Part shown: positions 9,709 through 23,017 of the stretch, piece by piece | How positions within the stretch are numbered: the stretch's first letter is position 1 | Layout of the letters: every line of letters starts with the position of its first letter | Source: an uncultured Anaeromyxobacter sp. | Lineage (GTDB): Bacteria; Myxococcota; Myxococcia; Myxococcales; Anaeromyxobacteraceae | Reading direction: 5' to 3' | DNA: 64,000 bases | Assembly: GCA_903855945.1 (NCBI GenBank) | Contig: CAIOAK010000177.1 | Coordinates: forward strand, 86 to 64,085 | The notes under the pieces: model-generated | What the model was told of the DNA's origin: nothing | Database searches by the model: none | Seen by the model: the letters and a program-made list of their open reading frames with translations, nothing else | Made by a program: the position numbers and the translations under genes

Positions 9709-10854
9709 GTGATCGGCGGCGAGCGCGTGGGCGGCATCCTGGCGGCGGGCGGATCGGGAATCCGTGCGGGCGTGGCCAAGCAGTGGGCCTCGCTGGCGGG
9801 TGAGTCGGTGCTGCGCCGCTCCGCTCGGGTCCTGGCCGACAGCGGCGTGGTGGACGAGCTCGTGGCGGTGGTCCCCGCCGGGGACGAGCCGCGCGGGGCG
9901 GCCGAGCTCGAGGGGCTTCCGGTCCCGGTCCGGGTGGTGGCCGGGGGAGCCGCCCGTGCCGACTCGGTTCGCGCGGGGCTCCTGGCGCTGCCGGACGTCG
10001 CCCTGGTCGTGGTCCACGACGCGGCGCGCCCCTTCGCCACGCCCATCCTCGCCCGGGCGGTCGCCGAGGCGGCGGCCGCGCGCGGGGCGGCGCTCGCCGC
10101 GATGCAGGCCACCGACACCGTGAAGCGCGCCCGCGGGGACGCCGTGGAGGAGACCCTCGACCGGCGTCTCCTGTGGATGGCCCAGACGCCCCAGGCGTTC
10201 CGCGCGACGGTCCTGCGCCGCGCCTTCGAGGCGGCCGGCGCCACCGCCGCCTCGGCCACCGACGAATGCCAGCTCGTGGAGCGGCTCGGGGAGGAGGTCG
10301 TGCTCGTGCCCGGGGAGACCGGAAACTTCAAGATCACGGGGCCCGAGGACCTGGCCCGCGCCCGCTCGCAGGTCGAGCCCGGAATGGCCATGGGGGTCGG
10401 CTACGACGTCCACGCCTTCGCGCCCGGGAGGAAGCTCGTCCTCGGCGGGGTCGAGTTCGAGGGGGACGGCCTGCTCGGCCACTCCGACGCCGACATCTGC
10501 GCCCACGCCATCTGCGACGCCATCCTGGGCGCGGCCGGCCTGGGGGACATCGGCCGCCACTTCCCCGACACCGACTCCCGGTGGAAGGGGGTCTCCTCGC
10601 TCGTCCTCCTGCGCGAGGTGGCCGGGAAGGCCCGCGCGGCCGGGTGGACGGTGGGGAACTGCGACGTGACGCTCGCCGCACGGCGCCCCAGGATCGCCCC
10701 GCGCGCCGCGGAGATGCGGGAGCGGCTGGCGGGGGCCATCGGCTGCGCGCCCGCGCAGGTGAACGTGAAGGGCACGACCGGGGAGGGGCTCGGGTTCGTG
10801 GGGCGCGGGGAGGGCATCGCCGCCCACGCGGTGGCGCTTCTCTGGCGGAGGTAG
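9709..10854 (+). CDS. ispDF: Bifunctional 2-C-methyl-D-erythritol 4-phosphate cytidylyltransferase / MEcPP synthase (IspD-IspF fusion)
   Basis: N-terminal IspD motifs (ILAAGGSGIR, VVVHDAARP). C-terminal IspF motifs (GVGYDVHAF, GHSDADI, DIG..FPD). GTG start. Confidence 0.93.
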   Translation: MIGGERVGGILAAGGSGIRAGVAKQWASLAGESVLRRSARVLADSGVVDELVAVVPAGDEPRGAAELEGLPVPVRVVAGGAARADSVRAGLLALPDVALVVVHDAARPFATPILARAVAEAAAARGAALAAMQATDTVKRARGDAVEETLDRRLLWMAQTPQAFRATVLRRAFEAAGATAASATDECQLVERLGEEVVLVPGETGNFKITGPEDLARARSQVEPGMAMGVGYDVHAFAPGRKLVLGGVEFEGDGLLGHSDADICAHAICDAILGAAGLGDIGRHFPDTDSRWKGVSSLVLLREVAGKARAAGWTVGNCDVTLAARRPRIAPRAAEMRERLAGAIGCAPAQVNVKGTTGEGLGFVGRGEGIAAHAVALLWRR

Positions 10855-10863
10855 GGAAAAGGC

Positions 10864-12312
10864 ATGGCGATCCAGATCCACGACACCCTGGCCGGCGAGA
10901 AGGTGGAGCTGCACCCCATCGTCCCGGGCAAGATCGGCCTCTACGCCTGCGGCCCCACCGTCTACGACCACGCGCACGTCGGCCACGCCCGCTGCTACGT
11001 GGTGTGGGACGTGGTGGTGCGCCACCTCCGGGCCCGCGGGCTCGAGGTCCGCTACGTCCGGAACTTCACGGACGTGGACGACAAGATCATCGCGCGCGCG
11101 AACGAGCGGGGCGAGGAACCGGTGGCGATGGCCGCGCGCTTCGCCGACTCCTTCCTCGAGGACATGGACGCGGTGGGCTGCCTGCGCCCGGACGCGGCGC
11201 CGCGGGTGAGCGGCAGCATCCCGGGCATCGTGGCCCTCATCGAGCGGCTCGTGACCCGCGGATTCGCCTATGCCCCGGGCAACGGGGACGTCTACTACGC
11301 GGTCCGGAAGTTCCCGGCGTACGCGCGCCTCTCTCGCCGCAACCTGGACGACCTGATCGCGGGAGCCCGGGTCGATCCGGGGGAGTCGAAGCGGGACCCG
11401 CTCGACTTCGCGCTCTGGAAGGCGGCCAAGCCGGGGGAGCCGGCCTGGGACTCGCCGTGGGGGAAGGGGAGGCCGGGCTGGCACATCGAGTGCTCCGCCA
11501 TGACCCTCGAGCACCTGGGGGCGCCCTTCGACATCCACACGGGGGGCAAGGACCTCGTCTTCCCGCACCACACGAACGAGATCGCCCAGTCGGTGGCCGC
11601 GCTCTCCGAGGGGCTCGAACCCGAGTCGTTCGCGCGCCACTGGATGCACAACAACTTCGTCGAGATCGACCACCAGAAGATGTCCAAGTCGCTCGGCAAC
11701 TTCTTCACGGTGAAGGACCTGCTCGTCCGGCACGACGGTGAGGCGCTCCGGCTGCTGCTCATGGGCACCCACTACCGCAACCCGATCAGCTTCACCGACA
11801 CGCTCCTGGCCGACGCCGAGCGGCGCCTCGCCTACCTCTACGAGACCCTGGAGAAGGGCGACCAGGTTGCGGCGGGCGGCGCGGCCGCTGGCGAGCCGGC
11901 GCCCTGGGCCGAGGCGGCGCGCGCGGCGCTCGACGACGATTTCAACACCGCCGCCGTGCTCGGCATCCTGGCGGATGCCTTCACCGCCGCCAATGCCACC
12001 GCCGACCGGAAGGGCAAGACGCCCCCCCCCGACCGGGAGGAGATGGCCCGCTTCGGCCGGGACGCCAGGGCGGTGGGCGCCGAGCTGGGCATCCTCCAGC
12101 GGGAGCCGGCTGCCGCGCTTCTGGCGCTCCGGGAGAAGGCCGTGGCGCGCCGCGGCATCGACCCGGCAGCCGTCGAGGCACGGATCGCCGAGCGGACAGC
12201 TGCACGGCGCGCGAAGGACTTCACACGATCGGACACCCTCCGGGACGAACTCCTGGCCATGGGGGTCGTTCTCCAGGACGGCCCCGCCGGCACCACATGG
12301 AAGGTGGAGTAA
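10864..12312 (+). CDS. cysS: Cysteine--tRNA ligase
   Basis: HIGH-type HVGHAR, KMSKSLGN and the CGPTVYD N-terminus. 482 aa. Confidence 0.96.
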   Translation: MAIQIHDTLAGEKVELHPIVPGKIGLYACGPTVYDHAHVGHARCYVVWDVVVRHLRARGLEVRYVRNFTDVDDKIIARANERGEEPVAMAARFADSFLEDMDAVGCLRPDAAPRVSGSIPGIVALIERLVTRGFAYAPGNGDVYYAVRKFPAYARLSRRNLDDLIAGARVDPGESKRDPLDFALWKAAKPGEPAWDSPWGKGRPGWHIECSAMTLEHLGAPFDIHTGGKDLVFPHHTNEIAQSVAALSEGLEPESFARHWMHNNFVEIDHQKMSKSLGNFFTVKDLLVRHDGEALRLLLMGTHYRNPISFTDTLLADAERRLAYLYETLEKGDQVAAGGAAAGEPAPWAEAARAALDDDFNTAAVLGILADAFTAANATADRKGKTPPPDREEMARFGRDARAVGAELGILQREPAAALLALREKAVARRGIDPAAVEARIAERTAARRAKDFTRSDTLRDELLAMGVVLQDGPAGTTWKVE

Positions 12313-12451
12313 ATCGACATCCGATGACGCGCCGCGCGATGCGGTCTTCGTCGGCATGGAATAGGCAGAACGGGTCAGGGATACTCCCACGCTTCCCGCG
12401 GGACGGCCGGCCCCCATGGTGCTGGCCTCGCGCATTCAACTCGAGGTGAAC

Positions 12452-15166
12452 ATGACTCGCAGAGCACTCCCCGCGCTTCTCCTCGCCGCCTTCGCCATGG
12501 CCTGCCAGTCGGCGGCCACCCCCACCGGCCTTCCGGTCGCTGCAGTCGTCTCCGGGGTCCCAGGCCTCGGCGCCGAGGTGACGGTCGTCTACGACGGCCT
12601 GGGCATCCCCCACGTGACCGCCGCCAGCGACAACGACGCCGCCTTTGCGACCGGTTACGTCCACGCGCACGACCGGCTCTTCCAGATGGACTTCATGCGC
12701 CGCGCCGCGCGCGGCACGCTCGCCGAGATGCTCGGCTCGGCCGCGGTCTCGCAGGACATCGCCATCCGCACGGTCTTCACCGCGCAGACGCCGGTGGCCG
12801 CCGGCCTTCCGAACGCCGGGAGCTACCGCATCGAGAACGTCATCGCCTCCACCCTCCCGGCGGACTTCCAGGCCTACCTGCAGCGATACGCCGACGGCGT
12901 GAACCGCTTCCTGCTCGATCTCGCAACCGGTCAGAACGGGGCCTGGATGCCAGCCGAGTACGTGGCCCTCGCGTCGCTGCCCGGCACCTACGTGCCCAGT
13001 CCCTGGACCATCCAGGACTCGATCGGAATCGCCCGGCTCCAGTCCTGGCTGCTCTCGGAGAGCATGGGAGACGAGATCAACTACGGCACCCTCGCGCAGT
13101 CCTTCGCCGCGGCCTGCGGAGCCACCCCCGCGAACCAGTGCCCCATCTTCGCGCTCTATGCCGATCTCACCCGGTTCGTGCCGGCCACCCAGACCTCGAT
13201 CCTCACCCCGGTCACCACCGCCCCCGCCGCGCTGCTGGCGGCCCCGGCTCCCGCACCCAGGGAGCCTTCCGCTGTGGTCGAGGGGCTCCGCGGACTCCGC
13301 GAGATGCTGGGGTACCGGACCGGCGATCCGGCCGGGTCGAACAACTGGGTCATGCGCTCGCCCCTCGTCGGCCATGCGATGGTGGCGAACGATCCGCACC
13401 TCGCGCTCCAGAACCCGTCGGTCTTCTACCTGATGCAGGTTGCGTCCAACACGCACGTCGCGGGCGGTGTGGCCTTCCCGGGCGCGCCCATCGTCGCCAT
13501 CGGCCACAACGACTACGTCGGCTGGGGCGAGACGGTGGCCTACTACGACGTGACCGACGTCTACTTCTTCCCGAAGGCGCTCGGCCTGCCCGGGAACACC
13601 GTGCCGGTGCCCGAAACCTACAAGGTCCGCGGAGGCTCCCCGTACACCCCCGCCACGCCCATCCTGCTCGTGCCGAGCTACGGACCGGTCGTGGGCGCCG
13701 ATTCCTCGGCCTACTACACGGCGCGCTGGACGGGCCAGGACCCCTCGAACGAGCTGCTCGCCTTCTTCCAGCTCAACAAGGCGAAGACCGTGGACGAAGC
13801 CATGACGGCGGTGAAGACCTTCGGCGTCGGCGCGCAGAACTTCGTCTTCGCCGACGTGAACGGCGACATCGGCTACTCCCCGCACGCGCTCGTTCCCATC
13901 CGGAAGACCGGCTGCTACTCGCCGGTGGCGCCCCGCCCGGTGTTCGGCGGCGCGCTCAACACCCAGGTCATGCCCTGGGCACCGATGCCGGGTGACGGCT
14001 CCTGCGTCTGGACCGGCTACATCTCCGACGCCAACCTGCCGCAGGCGAAGAACCCGGCCGCGAACAAGATCGTCACGGCCAACAACGACATCACCGGTCA
14101 GCTGATGACGAACAACCCGCTCTCCCGCGGCGCGGATCTCTACCTCTACGCCTACACCGACCTGGGCTACCGGGCCGCTCGCGCCACCGCGCTGCTCTCC
14201 GCCAAGAACGGCGCATACACCCTCGACGACTTCACGGCCGTCCAGGCCGACAACTACTCGCTCTTCGCCGCGGACGTCGTGCCCGGGCTGCTCGCCTGGT
14301 TCGCCGCGGCCGGGTCCCAGGTTCCGGCCCGCCTCCAGCCGGCCGTGGACCTCCTCACCCGCTGGTCCAGCGCCACCAACGCCCGCCGGTACACCACCCC
14401 CACCGGCCTCGCCACTTCCGACCCCCAGGGCGCCCGCTCGTCCGACGCCGAGGTGGTCGCCGCATCCAACGCGTCGATGCTCTTCCACGCACTCGTGCCG
14501 CGGCTCGCGGCGCGCCTGCTCGACGTTCCTCTCTCGGGGGTGTCGGTCGGGGGCAGGCCCCTCTCGACGAGCACGTTCCTCGACATGACCGGAGGCCAGA
14601 CGGTGGCCAAGTACATCGCGGCGCTCGCCCAGTATGCGACCGGGACGGTGCCTCCGGTTCCGCTCAACACCTGCCTGGCGAGCCGCTGCCCGGCCTCCGT
14701 CTACGCCGCCGCCGCCGTCGCCGCCCTCGACGACACCGTGACCTTCCTCTCCTCGGCGTCCGGCTTCGCGAGCGCGCTCCCCTCCGACTGGGTCTGGGGG
14801 CGCAAGCACCGGGCCACGTTCGACAGCCTCATGGCGAGCGCCGGGGTGACCCTGTTCAACTACGGCCCCTTCGCCAACGACGGCGGCCTCTACACGGTGG
14901 ACCCCGCCAACTTCGCCTGGACCGACGCGGGCGGGAACGGATTCTGGCAGCACTCCGGCCCGAACGTCCGCTTCGCGGCCGAGATGATCGGCCCGGGCAA
15001 CGTGACCTGGCGGGCCGTCATTCCCGGCGGGGAGCCCGACAACGTGATGAACTCCAACTACGAGAGCCAGATCCCGCTCTGGCTCTCGCATGCCCCCGGG
15101 GTGCAGCCCTGGACGGCTTCCGAGGTCATGTCGGTCGCCGTGGATCGGCTCCTCTTCCAGCCGTAG
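12452..15166 (+). CDS. Penicillin acylase-family Ntn hydrolase, predicted lipoprotein (possible acyl-homoserine-lactone or beta-lactam acylase)
   Basis: Lipobox LAAFAMAC after ATG 12452 (the track ORF starts at 12416). GSNNWV processing/nucleophile site. DRLFQMD motif. About 900 aa, typical of the family. Confidence 0.85.
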   Translation: MTRRALPALLLAAFAMACQSAATPTGLPVAAVVSGVPGLGAEVTVVYDGLGIPHVTAASDNDAAFATGYVHAHDRLFQMDFMRRAARGTLAEMLGSAAVSQDIAIRTVFTAQTPVAAGLPNAGSYRIENVIASTLPADFQAYLQRYADGVNRFLLDLATGQNGAWMPAEYVALASLPGTYVPSPWTIQDSIGIARLQSWLLSESMGDEINYGTLAQSFAAACGATPANQCPIFALYADLTRFVPATQTSILTPVTTAPAALLAAPAPAPREPSAVVEGLRGLREMLGYRTGDPAGSNNWVMRSPLVGHAMVANDPHLALQNPSVFYLMQVASNTHVAGGVAFPGAPIVAIGHNDYVGWGETVAYYDVTDVYFFPKALGLPGNTVPVPETYKVRGGSPYTPATPILLVPSYGPVVGADSSAYYTARWTGQDPSNELLAFFQLNKAKTVDEAMTAVKTFGVGAQNFVFADVNGDIGYSPHALVPIRKTGCYSPVAPRPVFGGALNTQVMPWAPMPGDGSCVWTGYISDANLPQAKNPAANKIVTANNDITGQLMTNNPLSRGADLYLYAYTDLGYRAARATALLSAKNGAYTLDDFTAVQADNYSLFAADVVPGLLAWFAAAGSQVPARLQPAVDLLTRWSSATNARRYTTPTGLATSDPQGARSSDAEVVAASNASMLFHALVPRLAARLLDVPLSGVSVGGRPLSTSTFLDMTGGQTVAKYIAALAQYATGTVPPVPLNTCLASRCPASVYAAAAVAALDDTVTFLSSASGFASALPSDWVWGRKHRATFDSLMASAGVTLFNYGPFANDGGLYTVDPANFAWTDAGGNGFWQHSGPNVRFAAEMIGPGNVTWRAVIPGGEPDNVMNSNYESQIPLWLSHAPGVQPWTASEVMSVAVDRLLFQP

Positions 15167-15202
15167 GGTGACCGGAGGGGCGCCGGGCGTTAGAACCTCC
15201 CG

Positions 15203-17290
<2,088 letters not shown>

Positions 17291-17305
17291 CGCTCCGGCC
17301 TCGCC

Positions 17306-19342
17306 ATGGACCCATCCCTGCGCCGGAAGATCGACGAGCTGCCCGCCGCGCCCGGCGTGTACCTCATGCGGGACCTGCGCGGAGCGGTCGTCTACGTGGG
17401 CAAGGCCGCCTCCCTGCGCGCGCGGGTGCGGAGCTACTTCGACGCCGGGGGAGGGGACGACCGGCACTTCATCCCGCTCCTCGACGGGCTCCTGGGCGAC
17501 ATCGAGGTGGTGGTCACGCGCTCCGAGAAGGAGGCGGTCCTCCTCGAGAACGAGCTCATCAAGCGTCACAAGCCGCGCTTCAACGTCCGGCTCCGGGACG
17601 ACAAGGACTTCATCGTCCTCCGGCTCGACCGGCGCCACGCCTACCCCCGTCTCGAGGTGGCCCGCGCCAGGCAGCGGAAGGACGACGGCGCGCGCTGGTT
17701 CGGACCGTATTCCAGCGCGAGCTCCATCCGGGAGACGCTCAAGGTGGTGAACCGCTGGTTCCAGCTGCGCACCTGCACCGACCACGTGCTCGCCCACCGG
17801 AAGCGCCCCTGCATCCTCCACCAGATCCACCGCTGCCCGGCCCCCTGCGTCCTCGACCTGCCCCGGGAGGAGTACGCGCGAAGCGTGGACGACGCGGTCG
17901 ACTTCCTGGAGGGGCGCGAGGGGGACCTGCTCCCGCGCCTCCAGGCCCGCATGCGGGAGTCCGCCGAGGCGATGCGATTCGAGGAGGCGGCCCGCCTGCG
18001 GGACCAGCTCCGGGCGGTGGAGCGCAGCCTGGAGACCCAGCGGGTGATGATGGAGGATCGGGCCGACCGCGACGTGGTGGGCATCCACCGGGAGGGTCCG
18101 GATCTCGTGATCCAGGTGCTCTCCATGCGCGCCGGCAAGCTCGTGGACTCCCAGGCCCACCCGTTCTCGGGGCAGGAGTTCCCCGGCGACGAGCTGCTCT
18201 CGTCCTTCCTCTCCCTCCACTACGAGCGGGTCGAGCCGCCCGACGAGATCCTGCTCCCCATCGAGCCCTCCAACGCGGAGGCGGTCGCCGACGTGCTCTC
18301 CGAGCGCCGCGGCCGGAAGGTCCGCTTCCTGCTCCCGCAGCGGGGGGCCAAGGTGGACCTCCTCGACGTGGCGCAGCGCAACGCCGAGCAGGCCTTCCGC
18401 GGCTGGAGGGAGGAGGGGGTGCGGCGAACCGACGCGCTGGCCGCCCTGGCCCGGACGCTCTCGCTCCACCGGGAACCGCGCTGGATGGAGTGCTTCGACA
18501 TCTCCACGTTCCAGGGCTCGATGGCCGTGGGGTCCGGCGTCTCGATGCGCGAGGGCGAGCCCGACCGGGCCGGGTACCGGCGCTACCGGGTGAAGGGGGT
18601 CGTCGGGCAGGACGACTTCGCCATGCTGCACGAGGTCCTCACCCGGAGGCTGCGCCGGGCGCTCGCCGAGGGATCCATGCCCGACCTGCTCGTCATCGAC
18701 GGCGGGAAGGGGCAGCTCGCGGCGGCGCTCGCGGCGGCGCGCGATCTGGGCGTCGCCACCCGGCCCGACCCGGGAAACCCGGGCGTTCCCTTCGTCCAGA
18801 TGGTCGGGCTCGCCAAGGCCCGCAACCTCGACGCCGCGGCCCTCTCCACGACGCGGGTGGTCTCCCGTCGCTCCGCGCGCAGCGCCAGCCTGGCCGACGC
18901 GGCCGAGCGCGCCGGGCGAGGGTTCGTGAGCGAGGCGGCCCGGACTCCGGAGCGGGTCTTCCTCCCGGGCAGGAAGGACCCGGTGATCCTGCGACAGAGC
19001 TCGGCCGAGATGTACCTGCTCGTCCGGTTGCGGGACGAGGCCCACCGGTTCGCCATCGAGTTCCACCGGAAGCTGCGCCGGGCGCGGACGCTCCGCTCCG
19101 GGCTCGACGAGATCCCTGGGATCGGGGAGCAGCGCCGGAGGGCGCTGCTCCGACACTTCGGCTCGTTGCGCCGGGTCCGGGAGGCCACCCCGGAGGAGCT
19201 GCAGGCGGTGGAGGGAGTGGGGCCGGTCCAGGCCCGCGCCATCCAGCAGTTCTTCGAGCCGGAAGGGGGAACGAGGTTGATCGCGGGGGAGGGAGAACGT
19301 ATGGATGGCCCTCCCGGAGGAGAACATGACGCAGCCCGATGA
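17306..19342 (+). CDS. uvrC: Excinuclease ABC subunit C
   Basis: GIY-YIG N-terminus (GVYLMRD...VVYVGKA), UVR motif ([12 protein letters not shown]) and C-terminal HhH ([13 protein letters not shown]). Confidence 0.96.
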   Translation: MDPSLRRKIDELPAAPGVYLMRDLRGAVVYVGKAASLRARVRSYFDAGGGDDRHFIPLLDGLLGDIEVVVTRSEKEAVLLENELIKRHKPRFNVRLRDDKDFIVLRLDRRHAYPRLEVARARQRKDDGARWFGPYSSASSIRETLKVVNRWFQLRTCTDHVLAHRKRPCILHQIHRCPAPCVLDLPREEYARSVDDAVDFLEGREGDLLPRLQARMRESAEAMRFEEAARLRDQLRAVERSLETQRVMMEDRADRDVVGIHREGPDLVIQVLSMRAGKLVDSQAHPFSGQEFPGDELLSSFLSLHYERVEPPDEILLPIEPSNAEAVADVLSERRGRKVRFLLPQRGAKVDLLDVAQRNAEQAFRGWREEGVRRTDALAALARTLSLHREPRWMECFDISTFQGSMAVGSGVSMREGEPDRAGYRRYRVKGVVGQDDFAMLHEVLTRRLRRALAEGSMPDLLVIDGGKGQLAAALAAARDLGVATRPDPGNPGVPFVQMVGLAKARNLDAAALSTTRVVSRRSARSASLADAAERAGRGFVSEAARTPERVFLPGRKDPVILRQSSAEMYLLVRLRDEAHRFAIEFHRKLRRARTLRSGLDEIPGIGEQRRRALLRHFGSLRRVREATPEELQAVEGVGPVQARAIQQFFEPEGGTRLIAGEGERMDGPPGGEHDAAR

Positions 19343-20240
19343 CTTCGCGATCCTGCCCGTCGTGGACGCCCTCTGCCGGGAGGCCGAGCCGGTGCTGGCC
19401 GGCCACTACCGGATGGTGCTGCCCTCTCGCCAGCGCGTCATCGCCATCGTGGAGGACGTCCGCTCGCTCTTCTTCCCGGGCTACTTCGGGACCCAGGACC
19501 TCCGCGGAGACACCATCCGCTTCCACGTGGGCGCCACGCTCGATCGGGTGCGGGTCGCCCTGGACGAGGAGATCCGGCGGGCCGTGGCCTTCGCCGAGAA
19601 GCACGACTTCGACGCCTGCCAGCACTGTGCGGTCGCGGCGGCCGAGGCCTCCCGGAAGTTCATCTCCCGGCTCCCGGCGGTACGACGGTTGCTGGGCGGC
19701 GACGTCGAGGCCGCCTTCGAGGGGGACCCGGCGCTGCGCACCCGGGACGAGGCCATCTTCGCCTACCCGGGGCTCTTCGCGGTGACGAACCAGCGCATCG
19801 CCCACGAGCTGCACGTGCTGGGCGTGCCCCTCATCCCGCGCATCATCACCGAGCACGCGCACACCATGACCGGGATCGACATCCACCCCGGGGCCCGCAT
19901 CGGGGAGCGCTTCTTCATCGACCACGGCACCGGCGTGGTCATCGGGGAGACCACCGTCATCGGGAACGGGGTGCGGCTCTACCAGGGGGTCACGCTGGGT
20001 GCGAAGAGCTTCCCGCTCGACGGGGAGGGCAAGCCCATCAAGGGCATCGACCGCCATCCCATCGTGGAGGATGACGTGGTGGTCTACTCCGGAGCGACCA
20101 TCCTGGGGCGGATCGTCATCGGTCGGGGTTCGAGCATCGGCGGAAACGTCTGGTTGACCCATGCGGTCCCGCCGGGCAGCAAGGTGACGCAGGAAGCGCC
20201 GGTCGAGCGCGGCGAGAGAGCCGCGCTCCCTTCCCGGTAG
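19305..20240 (+). CDS. cysE: Serine O-acetyltransferase (EpsC/CysE type, long N-terminal domain)
   Basis: Hexapeptide-repeat core [43 protein letters not shown]. The gene overlaps the uvrC 3' end. ATG 19326 is an alternative start with a GGAGGAG SD. Confidence 0.85.
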   Translation: MALPEENMTQPDDFAILPVVDALCREAEPVLAGHYRMVLPSRQRVIAIVEDVRSLFFPGYFGTQDLRGDTIRFHVGATLDRVRVALDEEIRRAVAFAEKHDFDACQHCAVAAAEASRKFISRLPAVRRLLGGDVEAAFEGDPALRTRDEAIFAYPGLFAVTNQRIAHELHVLGVPLIPRIITEHAHTMTGIDIHPGARIGERFFIDHGTGVVIGETTVIGNGVRLYQGVTLGAKSFPLDGEGKPIKGIDRHPIVEDDVVVYSGATILGRIVIGRGSSIGGNVWLTHAVPPGSKVTQEAPVERGERAALPSR

Positions 20241-20249
20241 GAGATCCGC

Positions 20250-20840
20250 ATGTCCTTCCATCCGTGGCACGACGTCGAGCTGCCTCGCTACGTCGAGGAG
20301 ACGATCCCCGCCATCATCGAGATCCCCACGGGGTCGAAGGTGAAGTACGAGCTCGACAAGGCGAGCGGGCTGCTCCGGGTCGATCGCATCCTCTTCAGCG
20401 CGGTCCACTACCCGGCCAACTATGGATTCGTGCCGCGGACCTACTGCGACGACGGCGATCCCCTGGACATCCTCGTGTACTGCCAGGAGCACATCGTCCC
20501 GCTCGCCATCATGCAGGCCAAGGTGATCGGCGTGATGCGGATGCGGGACGACAAGGGGGAGGACGACAAGCTGGTGGCCGTGTCGGCCGACGACCCCGAG
20601 TACGCCGACATCTCCGACATCTCGGAGATGCCCACCCATCGGATGCGCGAGCTGAAGCGCTTCTTCGAGGACTACAAGGCGCTCGAGCACAAGAAGGTGC
20701 TGGTCCGGGAGCCGCAGGGTCGGGGCGAGGCGCTCGAGGTCCTGCGCGGCGCCATCCGGCTCTACGACCGGGAGGCCGACCGGCTCCGGGGCGACATGGC
20801 GCCGCCCCCCAAGAAGCGGACCAGGGCCAAGTCCAAGTAG
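20250..20840 (+). CDS. ppa: Inorganic pyrophosphatase (family I)
   Basis: HPWHDV N-terminus and the DGDPLDILV / DDKLVAV acidic motifs. Confidence 0.95.
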   Translation: MSFHPWHDVELPRYVEETIPAIIEIPTGSKVKYELDKASGLLRVDRILFSAVHYPANYGFVPRTYCDDGDPLDILVYCQEHIVPLAIMQAKVIGVMRMRDDKGEDDKLVAVSADDPEYADISDISEMPTHRMRELKRFFEDYKALEHKKVLVREPQGRGEALEVLRGAIRLYDREADRLRGDMAPPPKKRTRAKSK

Positions 20841-20891
20841 GAACGGATCGGGGGCGCGAACCCTTTTTGCCCCGCCGGGCTCCCACGCCCG

Positions 20892-21095
20892 ATGCCCATC
20901 TACGAGTACACCTGCAAGCCGTGCGACCGCTCCTTCGAGGAGCTGATCCTGCGCCGATCCGACGAGGACGAGGTCCGCTGCCCGCGGTGCAAGGGGCGGA
21001 AGGTCGAGAAGCGCATGTCCCGCCCGGCCGCGGCCCGATCCGGCGGGGACGGGGGTGGTGCGGCGGCCTCGGCCGGTTGCGGACCCGTCGGTTGA
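20892..21095 (+). CDS. FmdB-family zinc-ribbon protein
   Basis: MPIYEYTCKPC...RCPRC (CxxC-x(n)-CxxC), the typical 60-70 aa CxxC_CxxC_SSSS family. Confidence 0.8.
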   Translation: MPIYEYTCKPCDRSFEELILRRSDEDEVRCPRCKGRKVEKRMSRPAAARSGGDGGGAAASAGCGPVG

Positions 21096-21106
21096 GCGAT
21101 CTGACC

Positions 21107-21124
21107 TCCGCGCGGTCGCGCGGA
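21107..21124 (+). terminator. GC-rich hairpin after the zinc-ribbon gene (possible U-tract-less terminator)
   Basis: TCCGCGC-GGTC-GCGCGGA, a 7-bp stem 12 nt after the stop. No T run follows. Confidence 0.3.
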
Positions 21125-21193
21125 ACCTACCGATAGCGCCGGTCGGACGTCTCCTCGCCCCCAGGGGCGGGGCGCGTTAGGATCGGTGAACCC

Positions 21194-23017
21194 ATGCGCA
21201 CCCGGCGCGCCAGCGACTTCACGCTGGAGTACGTCCTCGACGTGCTCCAGCGGAGTGGCGTCCTCCGGGAGGAGGACCGCCGGACGGCGGTCGCGCGCGA
21301 GAGCGTCCAGCGGGCCAGGCTGCTCCGGGACGCGTCGGGTCGCGGCATCCGGGCGCTGAAGCGGGCCGACATCTCGCCCGTGGAGCTGCTCGCCTCCTAC
21401 GGATTCCCCGACGCCCGGCGCGAGGGGGACCGGCTCGACGAGGACCGGATCACGAAGGAGCTGGCCCTGGGGATCGGCATCCCCCACGTGAAGATCGATC
21501 CTCTGAAGCTGGACGTGCAGCTCATCACCCGCACGCTGTCGCGCCCCTTCGCGCGGAAGCATGCGGTGCTCCCGCTCTCCCGTCGGGACGCGACGCTCGT
21601 GGTGGCCACCGCGAACCCCTTCGACCGGGAGCTCTTCGAGAACCTCCAGGGGCTGACCGGCCTGATCATCGAGCCGGTGCTCTCGGCCCCCGCCGACATC
21701 CACCGCGCCATCGCCGAGATCTACGGATTCCGGGAGCAGATCCAGGAAGCCCAGATCCAGGTGAGCGGCGGCACGACCGACGTCGGCAACCTGGAGCAGT
21801 TCGTCAACCTCTCCGGGCTGGAGGCGCTGGAGGCGTCGAGCGAGCCCATCGTGGCGGCGGTGGAGTACCTCCTCCACTACGCGTTCGAGCAGCGGGTGAG
21901 CGACATCCACGTGGAGCCGCGCCGGGAGGAGACCATCATCCGGATGCGGATCGACGGGGTCCTGCACCCGGTCTACCGCGTGCCGAAGGGCGTGCACGGG
22001 GCCATCGCCAACCGGCTCAAGATCATGAGCCGGCTCGACATCGCGGCCCGGCGCCCGCAGGACGGGCGCATCCGGACGGCCCGCGGCGACAACGAGATGG
22101 AGCTCCGCGTCTCCACCATCCCCACCGCCTTCGGCGACAAGATCGTGGTGCGCATCCTCGATCAGCAGGTCCTGGTGCGCGACCTCTCCGAGCTCGGCTT
22201 CCTCCCCGACGAGCGGGAGCGGTTCGAGCGCTGGCTGGACCGCCCCCACGGGATGGTGGTCGTCACCGGCCCGACCGGATCGGGCAAGACCACCACGCTC
22301 TACTCGGCGCTGGAGGCGCTCGCCTCGCCGGAGATCAACATCGTGACCATCGAGGATCCCATCGAGATGGTTCACGAGGAGTTCAACCAGATCGCGGCGA
22401 ATCCCAAGACCGGCACCAGCTTCGCCGAGGCGCTGCGCCACGTCCTGCGACAGGATCCGGACGTGGTCATGGTGGGGGAGGTGCGCGATCCGGAGACCGC
22501 CTCCCAGGCGGTGCAGGCCGCGCTCACCGGGCACCTCGTCCTCACCACACTCCACACGAGCGACGCGGTCGGGGCGGTGGCGCGCATGCGCGACCTCGGC
22601 GTCCCGGGATTCCTCATCGCGGCCACCCTCACCGGCGTGGTGGCGCAGCGGCTCGTGCGCGGGGTGTGCCCGAACTGCGCCCAGGACGTGCTGCTCACCG
22701 CCGACCAGGTGGCCGAGCTGGGCGTCCGCCACCCGGAGGAGCACGCCGGCAAGCTGATCGCCCGGCGCGGGGTGGGGTGTCCGCGCTGCCGCTTCACCGG
22801 CTTCTACGGCCGAACCGGCATCTTCGAGATCCTCTCCGTGAACCACCGGCTCCGCCACCTCATCGCGGAGGGGGCCACGCCCGAGGTGCTGGCCCGCACC
22901 GCCCGCCAGGACGGGCTCCGGACCCTGCGGGAGCACGCCGTCCTGAAGGTGGCGTCGGGTGCGACCTCGTTCGAGGAGGCGATGCGCTCCACCGCCGACG
23001 CGGAGGGGAGCGCATGA
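21194..23017 (+). CDS. GspE/PilB-family type II/IV secretion ATPase (orphan)
   Basis: T2SSE_N-like N-domain. Walker A GPTGSGKTT. Asp box, Walker B (VVMVGEVRD) and His box (TGHLVLTTLHT). Tetracysteine CPNC...CPRC. Confidence 0.92.
   Translation: MRTRRASDFTLEYVLDVLQRSGVLREEDRRTAVARESVQRARLLRDASGRGIRALKRADISPVELLASYGFPDARREGDRLDEDRITKELALGIGIPHVKIDPLKLDVQLITRTLSRPFARKHAVLPLSRRDATLVVATANPFDRELFENLQGLTGLIIEPVLSAPADIHRAIAEIYGFREQIQEAQIQVSGGTTDVGNLEQFVNLSGLEALEASSEPIVAAVEYLLHYAFEQRVSDIHVEPRREETIIRMRIDGVLHPVYRVPKGVHGAIANRLKIMSRLDIAARRPQDGRIRTARGDNEMELRVSTIPTAFGDKIVVRILDQQVLVRDLSELGFLPDERERFERWLDRPHGMVVVTGPTGSGKTTTLYSALEALASPEINIVTIEDPIEMVHEEFNQIAANPKTGTSFAEALRHVLRQDPDVVMVGEVRDPETASQAVQAALTGHLVLTTLHTSDAVGAVARMRDLGVPGFLIAATLTGVVAQRLVRGVCPNCAQDVLLTADQVAELGVRHPEEHAGKLIARRGVGCPRCRFTGFYGRTGIFEILSVNHRLRHLIAEGATPEVLARTARQDGLRTLREHAVLKVASGATSFEEAMRSTADAEGSA

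Noticed and set aside
21178-21196. Leaderless promoter for the gspE-like gene (TAGGAT 10 nt before the ATG)
   Set aside because: There is no acceptable -35 at 16-19 nt, and the hexamer alone is weak evidence. I left it unannotated.
22666-23013. Upstream extension of the AAA+ ORF (610-aa version)
   Set aside because: It overlaps the 3' end of the gspE-like gene in another frame and has Arg/Pro-rich composition. ATG 23014, in an ATGA overlap, gives the conserved N-terminus.
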